From NCBI GenBank assembly GCA_003427395.1, contig BFEA01000011.1:2353076-2416975 (forward strand): DNA of 63,900 nt, read 5' to 3'. Positions within the stretch are counted from its first letter, which is position 1. Every line of letters begins with the position of its first letter. Below, piece by piece: positions 35,901 through 44,650 of the stretch. The notes under the pieces are model-generated. The model worked only from the letters and a program-made list of their open reading frames with translations. It was not told the origin of the DNA and made no database searches. The DNA is from Chara braunii (Eukaryota; Plantae; Charophyceae). The position numbers and the translations under genes are program-made.

Positions 35901-36833
35901 GACAACAGCGCGCCATCGCTCCTGATTGATCCCGGTTCCGTGCTCAACTTCCCCCTCCATGTCCAGCCACACCCTTCCGGAGGAGGAAGATGAGAAGGAA
36001 GGTGACGGAACGGATCTCTCCTCCCGTACCACGATATCGCCATCGCCATCCTCTTTTTCACCGTCTTCCTCAACTTCCTCCTCTTCATCACCTTCGTCGG
36101 AGGATGTACCCGTTCCACGCAAGGCAAGGATTGCAAGCCCCGACTCCCCACCCACAACGAGCAGTTGTGTGTAAGCGCTGGTTTGCCGCCTGCCAAACTT
36201 GTCGTTTTCTGATACATGGCATGCCCATTCGAATGCCCCATCGTCGCCTGCGATCGGTCTGGAAAAAGCCGGTATGCTGGGGTAATGGTTGAGAATCTCC
36301 TCTTGCCCTTCCTTCTCCTTCGATTTCCTCCCCCCCCTCCGGTCATGCCTCGCGCCCGCGTGCTCCGGTTCGCCACGGCCGCCCTTCCCCACTGCCCGAT
36401 TTCTCCCCTCCTCCCAAGCCGTTCCCCCATCCAGAGCGCCATCGCCGTGGTGGTCCCCACCACTCGCGGCGCTCCTTCTCCCCAATCGCAATCGTCGTCC
36501 TTGATCTCTCCTCCTCCAGTCGCTCAGAGTTCCGAGCTTCCCCTCCTCGCGCACGGCGCGGACGAGCGAGATACGTCCATCCTTCGAGCGCACGGCAAGA
36601 AGATCGCGCAGGGGGGACAACCTGGCTGACGTGTACGTGCGGAAATCCGAGTCAGGGCTCCAGCCACACAGTCGGACCTGAAACATGTCCTGACAAAAGT
36701 GCCTCCCGCTCCTCCCCGCCCCCTCGCTTGCCTCTTCCGCATGTTCTCCCCCGGTCTTCCATCGCTCCGACACCTCCGCTCCTGACTGAGCGGCACTCTG
36801 CCCGCCCGCTGTGCGCTGCAAAGAGCTACACAT
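23976..36833 (-). CDS. SPG11: Spatacsin (SPG11 homologue, AP-5 accessory), 4285 aa, single uninterrupted ORF
   Basis: The C-terminus carries plant spatacsin motifs: ILAESFLKGVLAAHRGGY, EEGPSPLIWR, HACEVELMILAH, ACLDGIDVL, LIQNGQLELLL, and terminal GPLVLRKGHGGTYQPIM*. ENDWIGFLAEAQ and FLQAFSQMRL occur internally. The N-terminal FRTYTSARLSPLRDLL resembles the plant N-terminus. No stop over 12.86 kb. Confidence 0.93.
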   Translation of the reverse strand: MCSSLQRTAGGQSAAQSGAEVSERWKTGGEHAEEASEGAGRSGRHFCQDMFQVRLCGWSPDSDFRTYTSARLSPLRDLLAVRSKDGRISLVRAVREEGKLGTLSDWRRRDQGRRLRLGRRSAASGGDHHGDGALDGGTAWEEGRNRAVGKGGRGEPEHAGARHDRRGGRKSKEKEGQEEILNHYPSIPAFSRPIAGDDGAFEWACHVSENDKFGRRQTSAYTQLLVVGGESGLAILALRGTGTSSDEGDEEEEVEEDGEKEDGDGDIVVREERSVPSPSFSSSSSGRVWLDMEGEVEHGTGINQERWRAVVRLPDTASLSRDARHVALRLSRTSAGYGTLMSFAEVASTRETPLEEHHPAASSSSSAVARRGENGASPPQPPQTTAKTRPLSQTGVITEIVADERKHMLAMIVTEGVGVKGEPPPPAPLSPPTTPLGSVEDLDHSVILARLPRVAIIMSVHVSSLEAMSAVDLRRGGNVATCVPHFVSYGVGGGSFFALRADGCVYTWSARAGGGRPLAVIDVPLKCGIGAGGCLLRRAAASRDMGGVTSGSAAATGVAALPPPASSPPLNESRDLDVRNRGGRSREERAVFRKMKLSGDCKLVAIADERGVVYAAGLAAESPWKREGDDDTSSASSGSALVLVGPPTTGQEGCRRKMACCFPWEAAGMDIGPLSFGLKGRKIEEDKAGPTRGGGGGEGGARSTRLRNGTGVFPPERSSSLDDQQHSRSGRDWWSMKELPPTATMASRSVFLPPWKSGELLDFVLTPLAIVGLYSLDGGKGYAIGWFRFRVAAHAGDDCRVGRGQEGSLSEETGMWSATIAALGGEESAIPVRVGSRLYVASSGGLFALLPPLFQQRGTQREKQAGGNRSYGRLRDAMTLMMAEGEGGHQGGGRSRGEAGRPCGEKKGEEEEEGKEKEEEEVSSWRNVQNHKEQQQLLAANCWKMAVLERTLIFDGSKQADLLLSLNGWDPLPLKLRSLEIALSHNQMGPIERALEELAMAKASRPALRRLVFAAVDLMHNTPQDSKDQVQAAKLLAVAARFASGVIRTHAMRELRSRHFWLQKTRTEARPDTPTEKERSKRGDDGASRGRSGSTPSSTSSSSSSSSSAAAVPSVADAAPLPSGFPSASPTDERNRSLPSSGLPHGVASKERSPSSQPGGASSSSPRAVARQELRDISNYLQTVRRLQTRTQAKGSSSHNLLAVTTASGGSLRGDTPRSRAAAEGGSLVVAGVGGGQGFPRTGSGLSLSLAAVGGGSRSADAAMGTSSVEENSSSVVLRRPHVETPGEMFARWERDRCDKAVVVKDALKSGRVALAVVYLQQRKPVDSQEGGFHLQREQGPDGREQASSSSSQQRQRTGGAAGKGGEERASGGKEALTETDKVFEEVQEIAQGIVYDLFAKGKVNTAIVALRRLGHDVESVLRDLAFGCLRRDLRRMAAKELESRGMLTVKDARLLQTVEGLELAYPNPSFEDAYGVRKGVFAPIDASDDDAAAAPQPGRGGERVVEGTSVEGGMLNVEFGEVDGVVLGTWGKGNSGSTRAAAAEGVMTKTVVVGGGGGGKEARGGEGERRGGGKKDTEELGGGGGGQEEGAEESDEDEESLFRRSGYLTVAATWVGQWDRFTLARIFLERGIVPAGPFVWEAKLQLLVAHDDIGQLQKLPVQSIPDAYLQSAELQVSLEEFQEDGGGSRCGQKKGQRQQQVGLSTVGWEDDIALADAREASGTGAAEKETHPGGDKWGVGDTRFFEPEVTTLEQVHFVIGEVKLLNVDLGPLCTQTLYATMAEILARYRIFLPRQSWKASELLTLLARAGVFMPAQKKLRAPAAAWKKAQGSAGTRASAAREGSLEESLPAAIEGVHPLVVQQCVKQNLPHVLQLYLDHHCLGLDSSSVGLFRVAAGDCHWAHWLILSRLGESSEYEASLANARFTLNLRRLHRCQTQQAGVVSSSLSASATCPDDVGHRHADGDERDDKLLEYLTVDGIAREGGDDAIMVALAMLVHAPVPLESCLVPAVHSCFDNNTAEWMMPTSPSEHTPSPSTARLEDGGDCADEGIDEGIDEGIDDGVDDGVDDDDGIHDDGLMGSLLGRPGAHVQYTSERTAYLGGGGGGAAAAAAAAEDGNQELLPFFNPAPPSRPSWFCRVDRLLAGLKEYPTLRRALEEEVKRGRTDVEGSRQDVEGRGTSLWSLFWSAPQNEYAAEESKQLSTYLVWRQQFFSSWRGDTSLLRMLPPSFPWNLRKLLAMAVGGPAADGKSWSWETREALVAAAVSEMAGMQGMRKNVDSDSSIVLLEAEVSAWERWLQRVTEQTFYSPSSQEVAMGMEYYLLQNRPLKAFDCFLARRLDRKSPAGGTRSSNTNHVVGEKQSSKSAGGDAVGGMLINDDNQQDQHKSDEETMALLVPLSVEEEDDLFSIVMPIALQEYNNTAVVTACACLLDLCGAPTLNLHVDVAALHRISQFMGKRQLVNTQQGRLGLSESRRVNLEETASVLGMSVDSLIDDVAGALARGLGDEYRVGGIGAYPVVDVAGGERDQPGGASVGAGGTLRPKASSVVMAMLKYLELASVLSEGNQGGDGSDARSAAASGAERGASGVATAASTITMWLPSSAASIGGWLAGKVGGDWSKMRGEQRVTSDRWALMSAFCKIHHISPRTTYLRRLAEENDWIGFLAEAQAGGYSLAQVRSLAAAEFTDPGLRSHIIIVLDNLQAMATTSEALIPPTLHQPVLSAGVMLQRSSRLAVQQNTRDTVAMCAARAGGGGTPTTTTAHSLSSPVFPATARVAKGFVDKDGWLWGPYAGGPPLSELFSVVGECEALTHPGKALLQRAREERWSLLAVVASCFDDVSPLDCLICWIEIVAVSLRIIPAISDPAFLTAPLPTTCPPASDGVAATATVYDDVEDNDGSSLVGLTSGAGDLDNRETSSAAIAAETELRTEGFQGDYENRSVAGTNGVGLYGTVELTTPEQRPRKRQRREVLVAPARKGRISKQSSDALTCVSSTSHHSALQPLSTGGGEGGNGTENLLARQGSLGSDGTFYSAESDASATSDEPPLEGVRRRRSFNRNGTIAAADTAPSKTTVGGRKQQFLSGRGDCFRRRYKGSHLVAMTSLLCKEKYFHLLLRAFELFMPTSPLLNFLLFLQAFSQMRLLEARNQLHAFSVNLAQERSACKTIEEREVKTVWLSAVAVAAADSTLDAVPTSYERRCLLSLLAGIDFGEGGGEEGRSESLLKRNGGEVDMDGSRSRLGTIYKALVRHGCRLSMGGKRNKGEMRGEESFCLRNACAGESYRHLYVAEEIIEHAGLNDKWIQTSQEGGGEKGDHHEWHDVDQEDRGMEDYEGEEEEAEEASSAALGVDGILDALEDADQWDAAHRWAEECDRYAGEIEHAYDRVTLTQAEALLEEWRDLLWDDAEERLAVWGHCHSLFLKHKLAPSKAGGFFMRHAKELEEADFQRELHRVLLLCLQWWSGSVSESSPCRPISELEDLKTRIWLLAVELRASGDSLLGSSTSSKALGKASSANRGEGSQLLFITTSGTAIASSSSADGSTPILPQGSESPLVAETAQAMIAIDLAIQRSVVETASPMEPKTGKPSIGLQGKRSHEGLQMVGPQEGVVMAVSVSGGEGVAARVAGPQREHHGGEAAPDVHEGAASERNGNRRSVVDEDIDDGAVGEAVRSGRGAEKAMFVLLEEGQVGPARLLAERFSLGASEREEKLTELLLMVQTAEEVAQACGGGTGLSKGGTPNAKPSTSAGSLIGEAACVLPQAVTSQLQKAGFVKDLQKATPLEILLEIMNACKDGHGRGHCRRILTLFQVAEYLGISYSEVTSKNPAELLQLLSLKGQDALPIAHALVSVSHMDSATIAKILAESFLKGVLAAHRGGYLDAPDREEGPSPLIWRPADFVQWGKLCPQDADLGHALMRLVISGGHDVPHACEVELMILAHRYYDSAACLDGIDVLMTLAAERANAYVRDSAFRPLARLLTGVSNFRALRFLFDLLIQNGQLELLLGKGAASDSGPQIRGSVREFRMAVLSALKRCRPDDMESMAVVYHRFNMAHEIAESLENAAQEGVKLWVAKRNLDQSDELLAIMELYVEAAEAWKLVDCGVGVARCVAQASLLSLQLRMPDMMWLQLSESAARRLMAEQTQFQEALVVANAYWLNQPAEWVSPIWNQVLIPGREQYILEYASALPFTNALLMELARVYRAEVTARGTSSEFPKWFPGGVPVETGRYLSRSFRLLLRQAKDMRLRLQLATVTLGFPDVIDMCMQMMDRVPETAGPLVLRKGHGGTYQPIM

Positions 36834-37509
36834 CGTAGCTCAACCGGAAGCTAACTCCGCTCGATGGCGTCGCACCGACCCTCCGAAGCCTACCAAACTG
36901 CCGCCGCGCTTCGGTTTCCCCTCCTTGACTACCATGGCATGGACACAGCCCAGGAGCACGTCACACTGCACTCAACCTTCCCCCCGCCACAACCACATAT
37001 CATAATCAGTCAGTCAGTAACGGGGACTTACCAGGCACAGGCAATTCCAGTCCATCGCCTGCGCGCATGCCAACGAGGCTCGGCCTCTGCTGCGAAGTTC
37101 TGTCACAAATTTCGCAGCACAGCCACAGCGAACTTTCCTGGACACATACGGGATTCATGCAGCTGGCATAGATAGCGAACTTCCACCGTAGCGCACAAAT
37201 TTGTTGGTGACTGTTGTTTCCTTTTTTCATTCAAACGGCCTAACCTTCTTACTCGGAGCATACTCACACTACTGCAGTCAGATACGTTTTGGAAAGTGCT
37301 TGTGTTTAGTATCCCAGTTGGGCATCTTCCACAACGTCTCATTTATCCGCGTAATTGCGGTGAGATGCCCTCATTTTGCCAGAGGGTAGACTTTCCCAAC
37401 CTCGGCGGATGGCCTAAGGGACAGCCAGCCCCGTTGTTGATAAAATAATAATAATGAGGAAGGTCTGCGGCCTGTGTAATCAGCAGGGCCTAGCGGCAAA
37501 AAAAAAACA

Positions 37510-37898
37510 GCCAGCTATGTTCTTCTCTCAATTTCACCTCACACTACCTACCTACCACTACTGCTAATTGTAGGCATAGGGGGAACCCCCTAGCAGCCAG
37601 AACCGTGTTCATGAGAGAACATGCGGGGGCTGCTCCCGACCTGCAGGTGGGCGATACCGGCTAGGCGACAGCCGATAGCATCAGGGACCATACCAACAGG
37701 ACCAATCCCTATGCCTCCCCTCAGGTCCCCTCCCCTACGAACGTCAGCAGACTCTGCTCAATGCCGGTCGGGGGATCCAGTGGTCTATCTCTAGGTGGCG
37801 GGCGCGAAGCATGCCCAGGAAGGTACATAAGGCTAATGGGGATTGAGCCCACGACCTCCTGAATGCCACTTGCGTGCCTTACCAACTGAGTTAGGCCG
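37510..37898 (-). mobile_element. tRNA-derived SINE-like element (tRNA-like head 37829-37898)
   Basis: Minus strand ggcctaactcagttggtaaggcacgcaagtggcattcaggaggtcgtgggctcaatccccattagcc has A-box-like and B-box-like segments and tGGCa at the anticodon position, but a broken anticodon stem. A ~320-nt body follows and ends in a T run. Confidence 0.55.
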
Positions 37899-38166
37899 CT
37901 GGATGAGCCAGCCCCTTTGATAATAATGAAGAAGCACTGTTGTTGTGAAAAAAAAAAAAAAAAAAAAAAAAAAAAACGCTGCGGCCTGTGTGTGTAATCA
38001 GCAGGGCCTAGAGGGAAACAAAAAAAATAAAAATAAAAGAAGGAAAAAGGCTGCGGCTTGAGGGTCCGAGTTGATGGCCGCAGTTTTTCCTGTGGCCGCT
38101 CTGCACAGCTGCCAAATGCTGCTAGACTGCAGCTCAACCTCGCCCTCGACGGTAAACGGGGTACTG

Positions 38167-38330
38167 GGGCCAAGTCCCACTAGCAGCGTTGAGCTACCTC
38201 AACGCCTGAATCCGACGCTTTTTCGGAGATGTGCAGAAATGGTGTCGAGTTTCCTGAACGGCACATCTCCACAAAACACGTCCAGATTCAGGCGTTAAGG
38301 TAGCTCAACGCTGCTAGTGGGACTTGGCCC
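38167..38330. mobile_element. MITE, PIF/Harbinger-like
   Basis: ~46-bp near-perfect TIRs gggccaagtcccactagcagcgttgagctacct...; 3-bp CTG on both flanks. Confidence 0.8.
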
Positions 38331-39114
38331 CTGGAATGCCCAGCAACCTCCAGTATGGGGACCACGCCCCAGCCTTCCCGCAACCTCCAATTTTCTTGGG
38401 AAAAAAAAAGGCCAACCAAATACCCTTTGTACCCCGGAAAGTAACTGGCTTCCGGCCCCCCCCCCCCCAAAAAAAAAAACAAAAAAAAACAGAAAGTAAC
38501 TGGCGTATTGGCCATGACCCTAATGAAAAGCCCCTCAACGAATCGGGTGCGCCATTCTCTGTTATAGTCAGGGCCATGTTTGGGACACGTGGCGACTCTG
38601 AAATTACAGTTCCACCGACGTATGGGATACCGCAGGTCTCAGTTGTTTCAGTTGTGCCCAGTACCCGTCAAATTCGCGTTTCGGTTTTGCCCATGTACAT
38701 GTCTGCAATATTCATGGGACCCACCGGCCGTACGCAGCCGTACACAGCAGGTATGGACAGGTGTGGGTATGGAAAACGAGTATGGCGCGGTTCAGCGAGT
38801 GTGGAAATCTGACGGGGGAATATGGGAGAGGGGGGAAATTGGTAAACGGCGGACATGCAGGGAACGCAGACCTAGGGGCCTCTGTTTTTCCGTTTCTTTT
38901 CCCATCTTTCTGTGTCTAAAAGGTACAGTAAATTGGTGTTTGTCAGTCAAAGATATGGTCTGGCTGGTTGAATACCAACCAGTTGCGGCATGCGGCTTGT
39001 TGCCTGCATGTGCACCCAAAAGAGTCAAAACAGCCACCACAACAAAACAAGCAGCTTATTTTATTTATGTATGCGCTCATCTACATGTCCCCCGGGCGCA
39101 GGGTGTGCAAGTGC

Positions 39115-39198
<84 letters not shown>

Positions 39199-40218
39199 GA
39201 TTCAAATGTGCGTTTGGTTTGATTCTCTTCTCTAATGCTGAACCTACAGAAATCAGAACGAAAAATAGCTTAAGTTTGGGTGCTCAGAATCTTAATCACA
39301 CATAGGCCCGCAAATGTCAGCATGAAACCCGCATCACTTTGGTGGCCCTGGTGGTGCGGCGCCTCCGAGTTTTGTATGTGGCGATAAAAGCTTTCTGCAA
39401 GGCTGGGGCCATGTACTAGAGGTTCAAAACGGAAAAAGAAAGAAAAAAAAAAAGAAAAAGAAACTCCCTTCTGGGTGTTAGAGGTGCTGATGCGAGCAGA
39501 CACCTCTCCATCTATTGGTGGGGAGCATCACCTGCTGGAAAACGGGTCCAGTGTCCCATATACAATACAAAACTTGTGTCTGAGAGATTGAAATTGTGAC
39601 TGCGATGTACGAGAGGGCTGCTGCCTGCCAGCATTGATTGCCCTGGGTAACCAGGGAATTGACTGAGCAAGCACACTAGAAAAATGATTGACACTGATTT
39701 GCACCTGAGAGATTAAAAATTGTAACTGCGATATGCTAGAAGGCTATTGCCTGCCAGCATTGATTGCCCTGGGTATCCAGGGGAGTAACTGGGCAGGCAT
39801 ACTAGAAAAATGATTGAGATGAGAGGTTGCTGCCTGTCTCCTCAGCCCAGCTGAAATCTTCTTGCTGCTGTTTGGTCAAAGTTTCTCCTCCTGTCTGCTA
39901 CCCGGGCGGGGGGGGGGGGGGGGGGTTTTTTTTTTTTTTTTTCCGGGGCCCCCCGCCATGAACATCATTTGGGCGGGGGGGGGGGGGGGGGGGGGCAGGG
40001 GGGGGGATCTGTCTTCCTGTCTTCCTGGGGGGCACCACTGGGGTGCTCAGAATCTTGTACATGGTTTGATGCAATTTTTCTTTCTATTTTAACAACTAAT
40101 TTATTATGGAAATCATGGCCAGGCACCTCACAATTCAACCTGGATACTGACAGCATTACTCGGCTTAGCTTATGAGCAAAGGGAAAAAAACTCAACGACC
40201 GAATTTCCATTCCTATTA

Positions 40219-40379
40219 AACCACCACTACCTTTCCCATATGTCGGCCGCGGGCATCTAGTAGCCTACTCCTGAGAAATAGTCGCCACGCCGCCGTCGAT
40301 ATTTTACATCAACGGCGCGTGGCGGCCGAATTTGAATTTGAGGCCCGTGGCCCCACATATGAGGAAGGTAGTGGTGGTT
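40219..40379. mobile_element. Fold-back MITE
   Basis: aaccaccactacctttcccatatg ... catatgaggaaggtagtggtggtt, with TTA on both flanks and an internal hairpin. Confidence 0.7.
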
Positions 40380-42081
40380 TTAAACTTTAAACCCTTCTGG
40401 AGATCTATTACCCCTCAAATTGCGGCTAAAGTTATGCTCTTTCATAGCACTGCGGCAACATTGGAACGCTGGACCCGATTTCCAGCAAGTGATCCTCCCC
40501 ACTTATAGAATGGAGCCATCAAACAATGGGGACACCACCCCCTGGAGGCTGCTTGTTACTACTTAGGCCACTGTTAGCCCAACAACTCCTCTTCCTGAAT
40601 ACACTTACTTTAAACTACCTACCCCAGTCCGGTCTGAATACCGGTCTGATTCGACCGGTCGGAACCCTTGTTCCAAGTAACCACTGACACTTGCCACCGT
40701 CCAACCCACTCACTGGCCAGCCTGAAACCTTAGGAACCGAGTGCCCCGGCTCCTCTACCAACTACGTACCTACCCCATTTGTTAAAAACTAGACATCTCT
40801 AACACCCAGGGAGACAGGACCAGGCCTCTGACATGATGTGCTGCTACAAGCTGGTGACGCCAGGCCCACATTCGGAGGAACCAAAGACCAAAGCAACTGT
40901 TTTCTGCTTCCCTTCCCCAACTTTGCCCTCCCCCTCCAATCGACAATGATAACCTCCTTCAGCTCCTGTTTGATCAGGTTCTTGATTTCTTTGTCAGACA
41001 TAGGTCTTCTTTTGAACCTTGCCCTTATTTTTTATTTTTATTTTTTTTTAAAAGAAAAATATCTCCATCTATTGGTGGGGAGCTGCACCTGCTGGAAACC
41101 GGGTTTGAACCTTGCCCTGTTGCCCTGTTTTGGTCTTTTCAGACGATTTCACAGGGCAGAGCCCGGATCATGTTAGCAATGTAACCCCAGCCACTCTTAC
41201 CGAGCTTGCCAAAAGGAAGAAAGCCCAATAGAACCCATCTTCCATCCCATAGTATGCACATAGTAAGAAGTGCACTCTACAGATTGGTGTGAAGTATGGT
41301 TAAAATGACCCTTTGGTTTTCTTATAAATGGGGGTGAAAATTGGGGGGTCGGTTAACCTTCTGTCAGAGTATGGACTGATCATCGAACTCTTTCCAATGG
41401 CTTTCCCACCACCTCCAGATGCGCTTTCAAGCCGGGCATTCCCACCAAAGATGTCGGGTTGACTCGAACAGTCAGCTGCATCGCGAGCATTCAAACTCTA
41501 CCTCCATGCGCCCCCCACCCCCCCACCAGTAGCCAGACAGCCGAGGGCGTCACCAGCAGGGAGAGCAACCAAAGAGTACTCACCTGCTTTCTGTTAGGTG
41601 ACCAGGTAAGTATCTTCTACAGTTTCTCAAAATGAGCCCCTGCTGACGAAAGGTCTTCAGGCCAGATCGCTTGCCATGTAGGCTAAGTGATTTTTGTTTA
41701 TCTTATATATATTTTCTCTCTGATGTGGCAGCTTGGAGACAGGTACGACTGATTTTTTTATTTTTTATTTTTCCTTTGTCCTTTGTTATGAGTCTTATGA
41801 CCAAATGCATCCCCCCCTTTAAGCTTGGCCGGTGATGCCTCACTTATAGGAGGAGCTGCCATACTTTTGTGAGGGACGCCAGGTCCAATTTCTGGCTTGT
41901 TTAATAACAAGAAAGAACTTGCCTTTGAGAAGAAAAAAGAAAAAAATCTAGAGTCCTCATTTTTTCAAATTCCTCGCTGGAAATCAGAACTAAAAATCGC
42001 CAAAATTGGGGTACTTGGAATTTTGTAACCTTCCCCAGCCTAACCCCCTGCCCATAGCCTCACAACCTTTTCTCGAGGACT

Positions 42082-42386
42082 AGCGGTCCCATAATGCAGG
42101 CGGTCTGAAGAACCACGGCAATTCGAAACCGACAGCTACAGGTCCCAGTCTTCCACAACACCTCTCAAACCCGAACAAAAAAGAGGATGAGCCTTGGGTG
42201 CACACACCACACCCTGCTAGACCGCAGCCCTAACAGTCCCATAATGCAGGCGGTCTGAAGAACCACTGCAATTCAAAACTGACAGCTACAGGTCCCAGTC
42301 TTCCACAACATCTCTTGAACCCGAACAAAAAAGAGGATGAGCCTTGGGTACACACACCACACCCTGCTAGACCGCTGCCCTAACAG
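42082..42386. repeat. Tandem duplication, ~151 bp
   Basis: gtcccataatgcaggcggtctgaagaacc...ccctaacagt occurs twice. Confidence 0.88.
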
Positions 42387-43055
42387 TGGGGTGGGTGCGG
42401 CTGGGTGTAAGAAACAGTGCCTGGGCAGGTGCAGCTGGGAAAGGCAAAGTCATGGGTCCTGTAACAGCCGGGTACAGGTTTGGCCCAGGTCACCTGAGGC
42501 CTATTGAAAAGTACAGGTACTATTAGGGTCACGCTCGGCTAGTGCTATGTTCATGCTAACAAGACATGAACCTAGCCGTCAGAAGGTGGCCATTCATGCT
42601 TTATAGAATGCACAGAGCAGCAGTGGAGTCCGACCCTTACATTAACTAGGCTAAGCTCCGAAGTAGTAGTTCTTTTTCGTTGTTGTTTTTTTCGCAAGCG
42701 GTGGGCCCACAGTCTTTTGTGTGCTTTTCAAGTGGGCGCCTAGCAAGTGGGTAAATCTGGTTTTAAATCTTTTATTTCTTTTGTTTCTTTTTATTTCCTT
42801 TCTTTTTCTTTTTTTTTCCTCATTTTGTCTACTGTTTTGTTTTTGTATTTCTTTTCCTGTGTTTATAGTCAGATACGTTTGAGGAGATTGCTAGTGTGGG
42901 TATGCCCTATTTGCTGTTTCCCGCTGTGCTGTGTGCTGTCTAAGAAATAGTTGCCCACAATAAATACAGGCAAGGATGGATGATTAGATGGGACATGAAA
43001 AGGGGAGATTGCAAGTTATAATAATTAAAAAAAAAAAAAAAAAAAAAAAGTTACA

Positions 43056-44650
43056 AGGAACGGAGGCTGGCAGGTGCCGGCAAGATAAGGGTTGCAGCTA
43101 GTGCCACCAGTGTTGCAAAGGAAAGTGAGGGATGATTTCTCTGTTGAAAAGAATTTGGCTGCTCTTGCAGTCAGATGCATCGTGGAAAGGCCTTGGGGCG
43201 AAGCTCACGAGGTATCATGATCGAGCTGATTAGCCCTTGGAGTTGGATCTATTTTTGTTTGTCTGATTCCATTAGGAATCGAGCTGGATCTGCTCATCGT
43301 CAATTACGCGGGTGTGCTCAGCGCCATGGGGGTGAAGCAACAATTCAGTTCTTTAAACTTCTTTCTTTCTTCTCATTTATTTAAGGCTGCCACTGCAGGC
43401 CCCGTTCCGGGTACTGGGGGTCCAGTTGTCGGCAGAAGGAAGACCCAGAACGATTGACGAGTGGCTGACCAGACCAGTAGTAGAAAAGTTGTCTCAATGG
43501 AAGGACAAGCATACCTCCCTGTTTGGAAGGGCACTCGTCATAAGCAGTGGAGTCCTGGCCTCCCTGTGGTACGAATTGGTGCTGTGGGCACTCTCCAAAG
43601 GCTCGATGCGTTCGATCCAGCGGCAAGTTGCCGCCTTCCTTTAGAGGGGTAATGACAGGGTGGCCCGGAACTCGGTGATTCAGCCAAAATCGTGAGGAGG
43701 GCTGGGGATTATAGACCCCACAACACAAGTCAAAGCGCTTGCCATCCAAGTGGTTAAAAGCTTAATTTTTGCACCGCATGTACCTTGGAGAGCTCTCGTG
43801 CTAGAGCAAATTGTCAGACTGGCACCAAATGCCAATTATCTTTACTCATGGGAGACTGTCATCATTGCTAATACTGCAGATCTAGGAAGTATTAGGACAG
43901 TATGGGTCCACCTATGGAATTTGTAGAAGAACTTCGACGTCTAGCGCTCGAAGTTCCCTTACATCAGGGCTCATCCGACTGTGCTTTAATCAGGGCTGAG
44001 CTGGGTAGGTCCTGCTCAGCCCTGGTGCTCACAACCATTGTCTGGTCAGGTCATCTCCGTACAGATGATGGGTGGGTGATAATCCTCAGTGGTAAACACT
44101 GAGGTAGTAGGGGTGCGCCAGGGAGAAAATAACGAGAGTGGGAGGGAGGGAGTCTCATAAGGAATAGGGACCTCTACAGACCATCTGGATAACAAAAATG
44201 GCCGACTACCAAAGGTGACTGCCATATGTCTAGAATCCAACCTGTGCCTGGACTTCATAACATAGAAAAAAGGAAGGGGATTTCAGATTTCTTTGATGCA
44301 TTGGACTTAGACCACCAGTACTTCCAAGGCACTTTTCTGCAGGGCTGGAAATACGCTGCACATTAAAAAGAAAAATTGGCGTGGGCCTCCTTTTGGCTGG
44401 CACCGCCAGTCATTTTGCCCCAGCGGTCGATCCCCGAAAGTTGCAGCAGCATTCAAGCCGCGACTTCAAAAAAATGCTTAAACTGCGCTGCAGAGCAAAT
44501 ACCCTTGTGTAGGAAAGGAGGCTGGCAGTTGCCAGCAAGATAAGGGTTGCAACTAGCGCCATGAGGGTTGGAAGGGAAACGGGGGGTAGTCGCCCTGTTT
44601 GAAAAAGCTGGCCACCCTTGCAGCCAGATGCATTGTGGAAAGGCCTTGGG
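43056..44650 (+). mobile_element. Decayed LINE ORF2 post-RT fragment between ~145-bp direct repeats
   Basis: VEKLSQWKDKHTSLFGRALVISSGVLASLWY and EEGLGIIDP; 43056-43198 is similar to 44511-44650. Confidence 0.7.

Noticed and set aside
24010-36800. Many plus-strand and alternate-frame ORFs over SPG11
   Set aside because: Shadow ORFs of a GC-rich coding region with no recognisable motifs.
37829-37898. Functional tRNA gene
   Set aside because: The anticodon and acceptor stems do not pair well and the T-loop is degenerate; treated as a SINE-like head.
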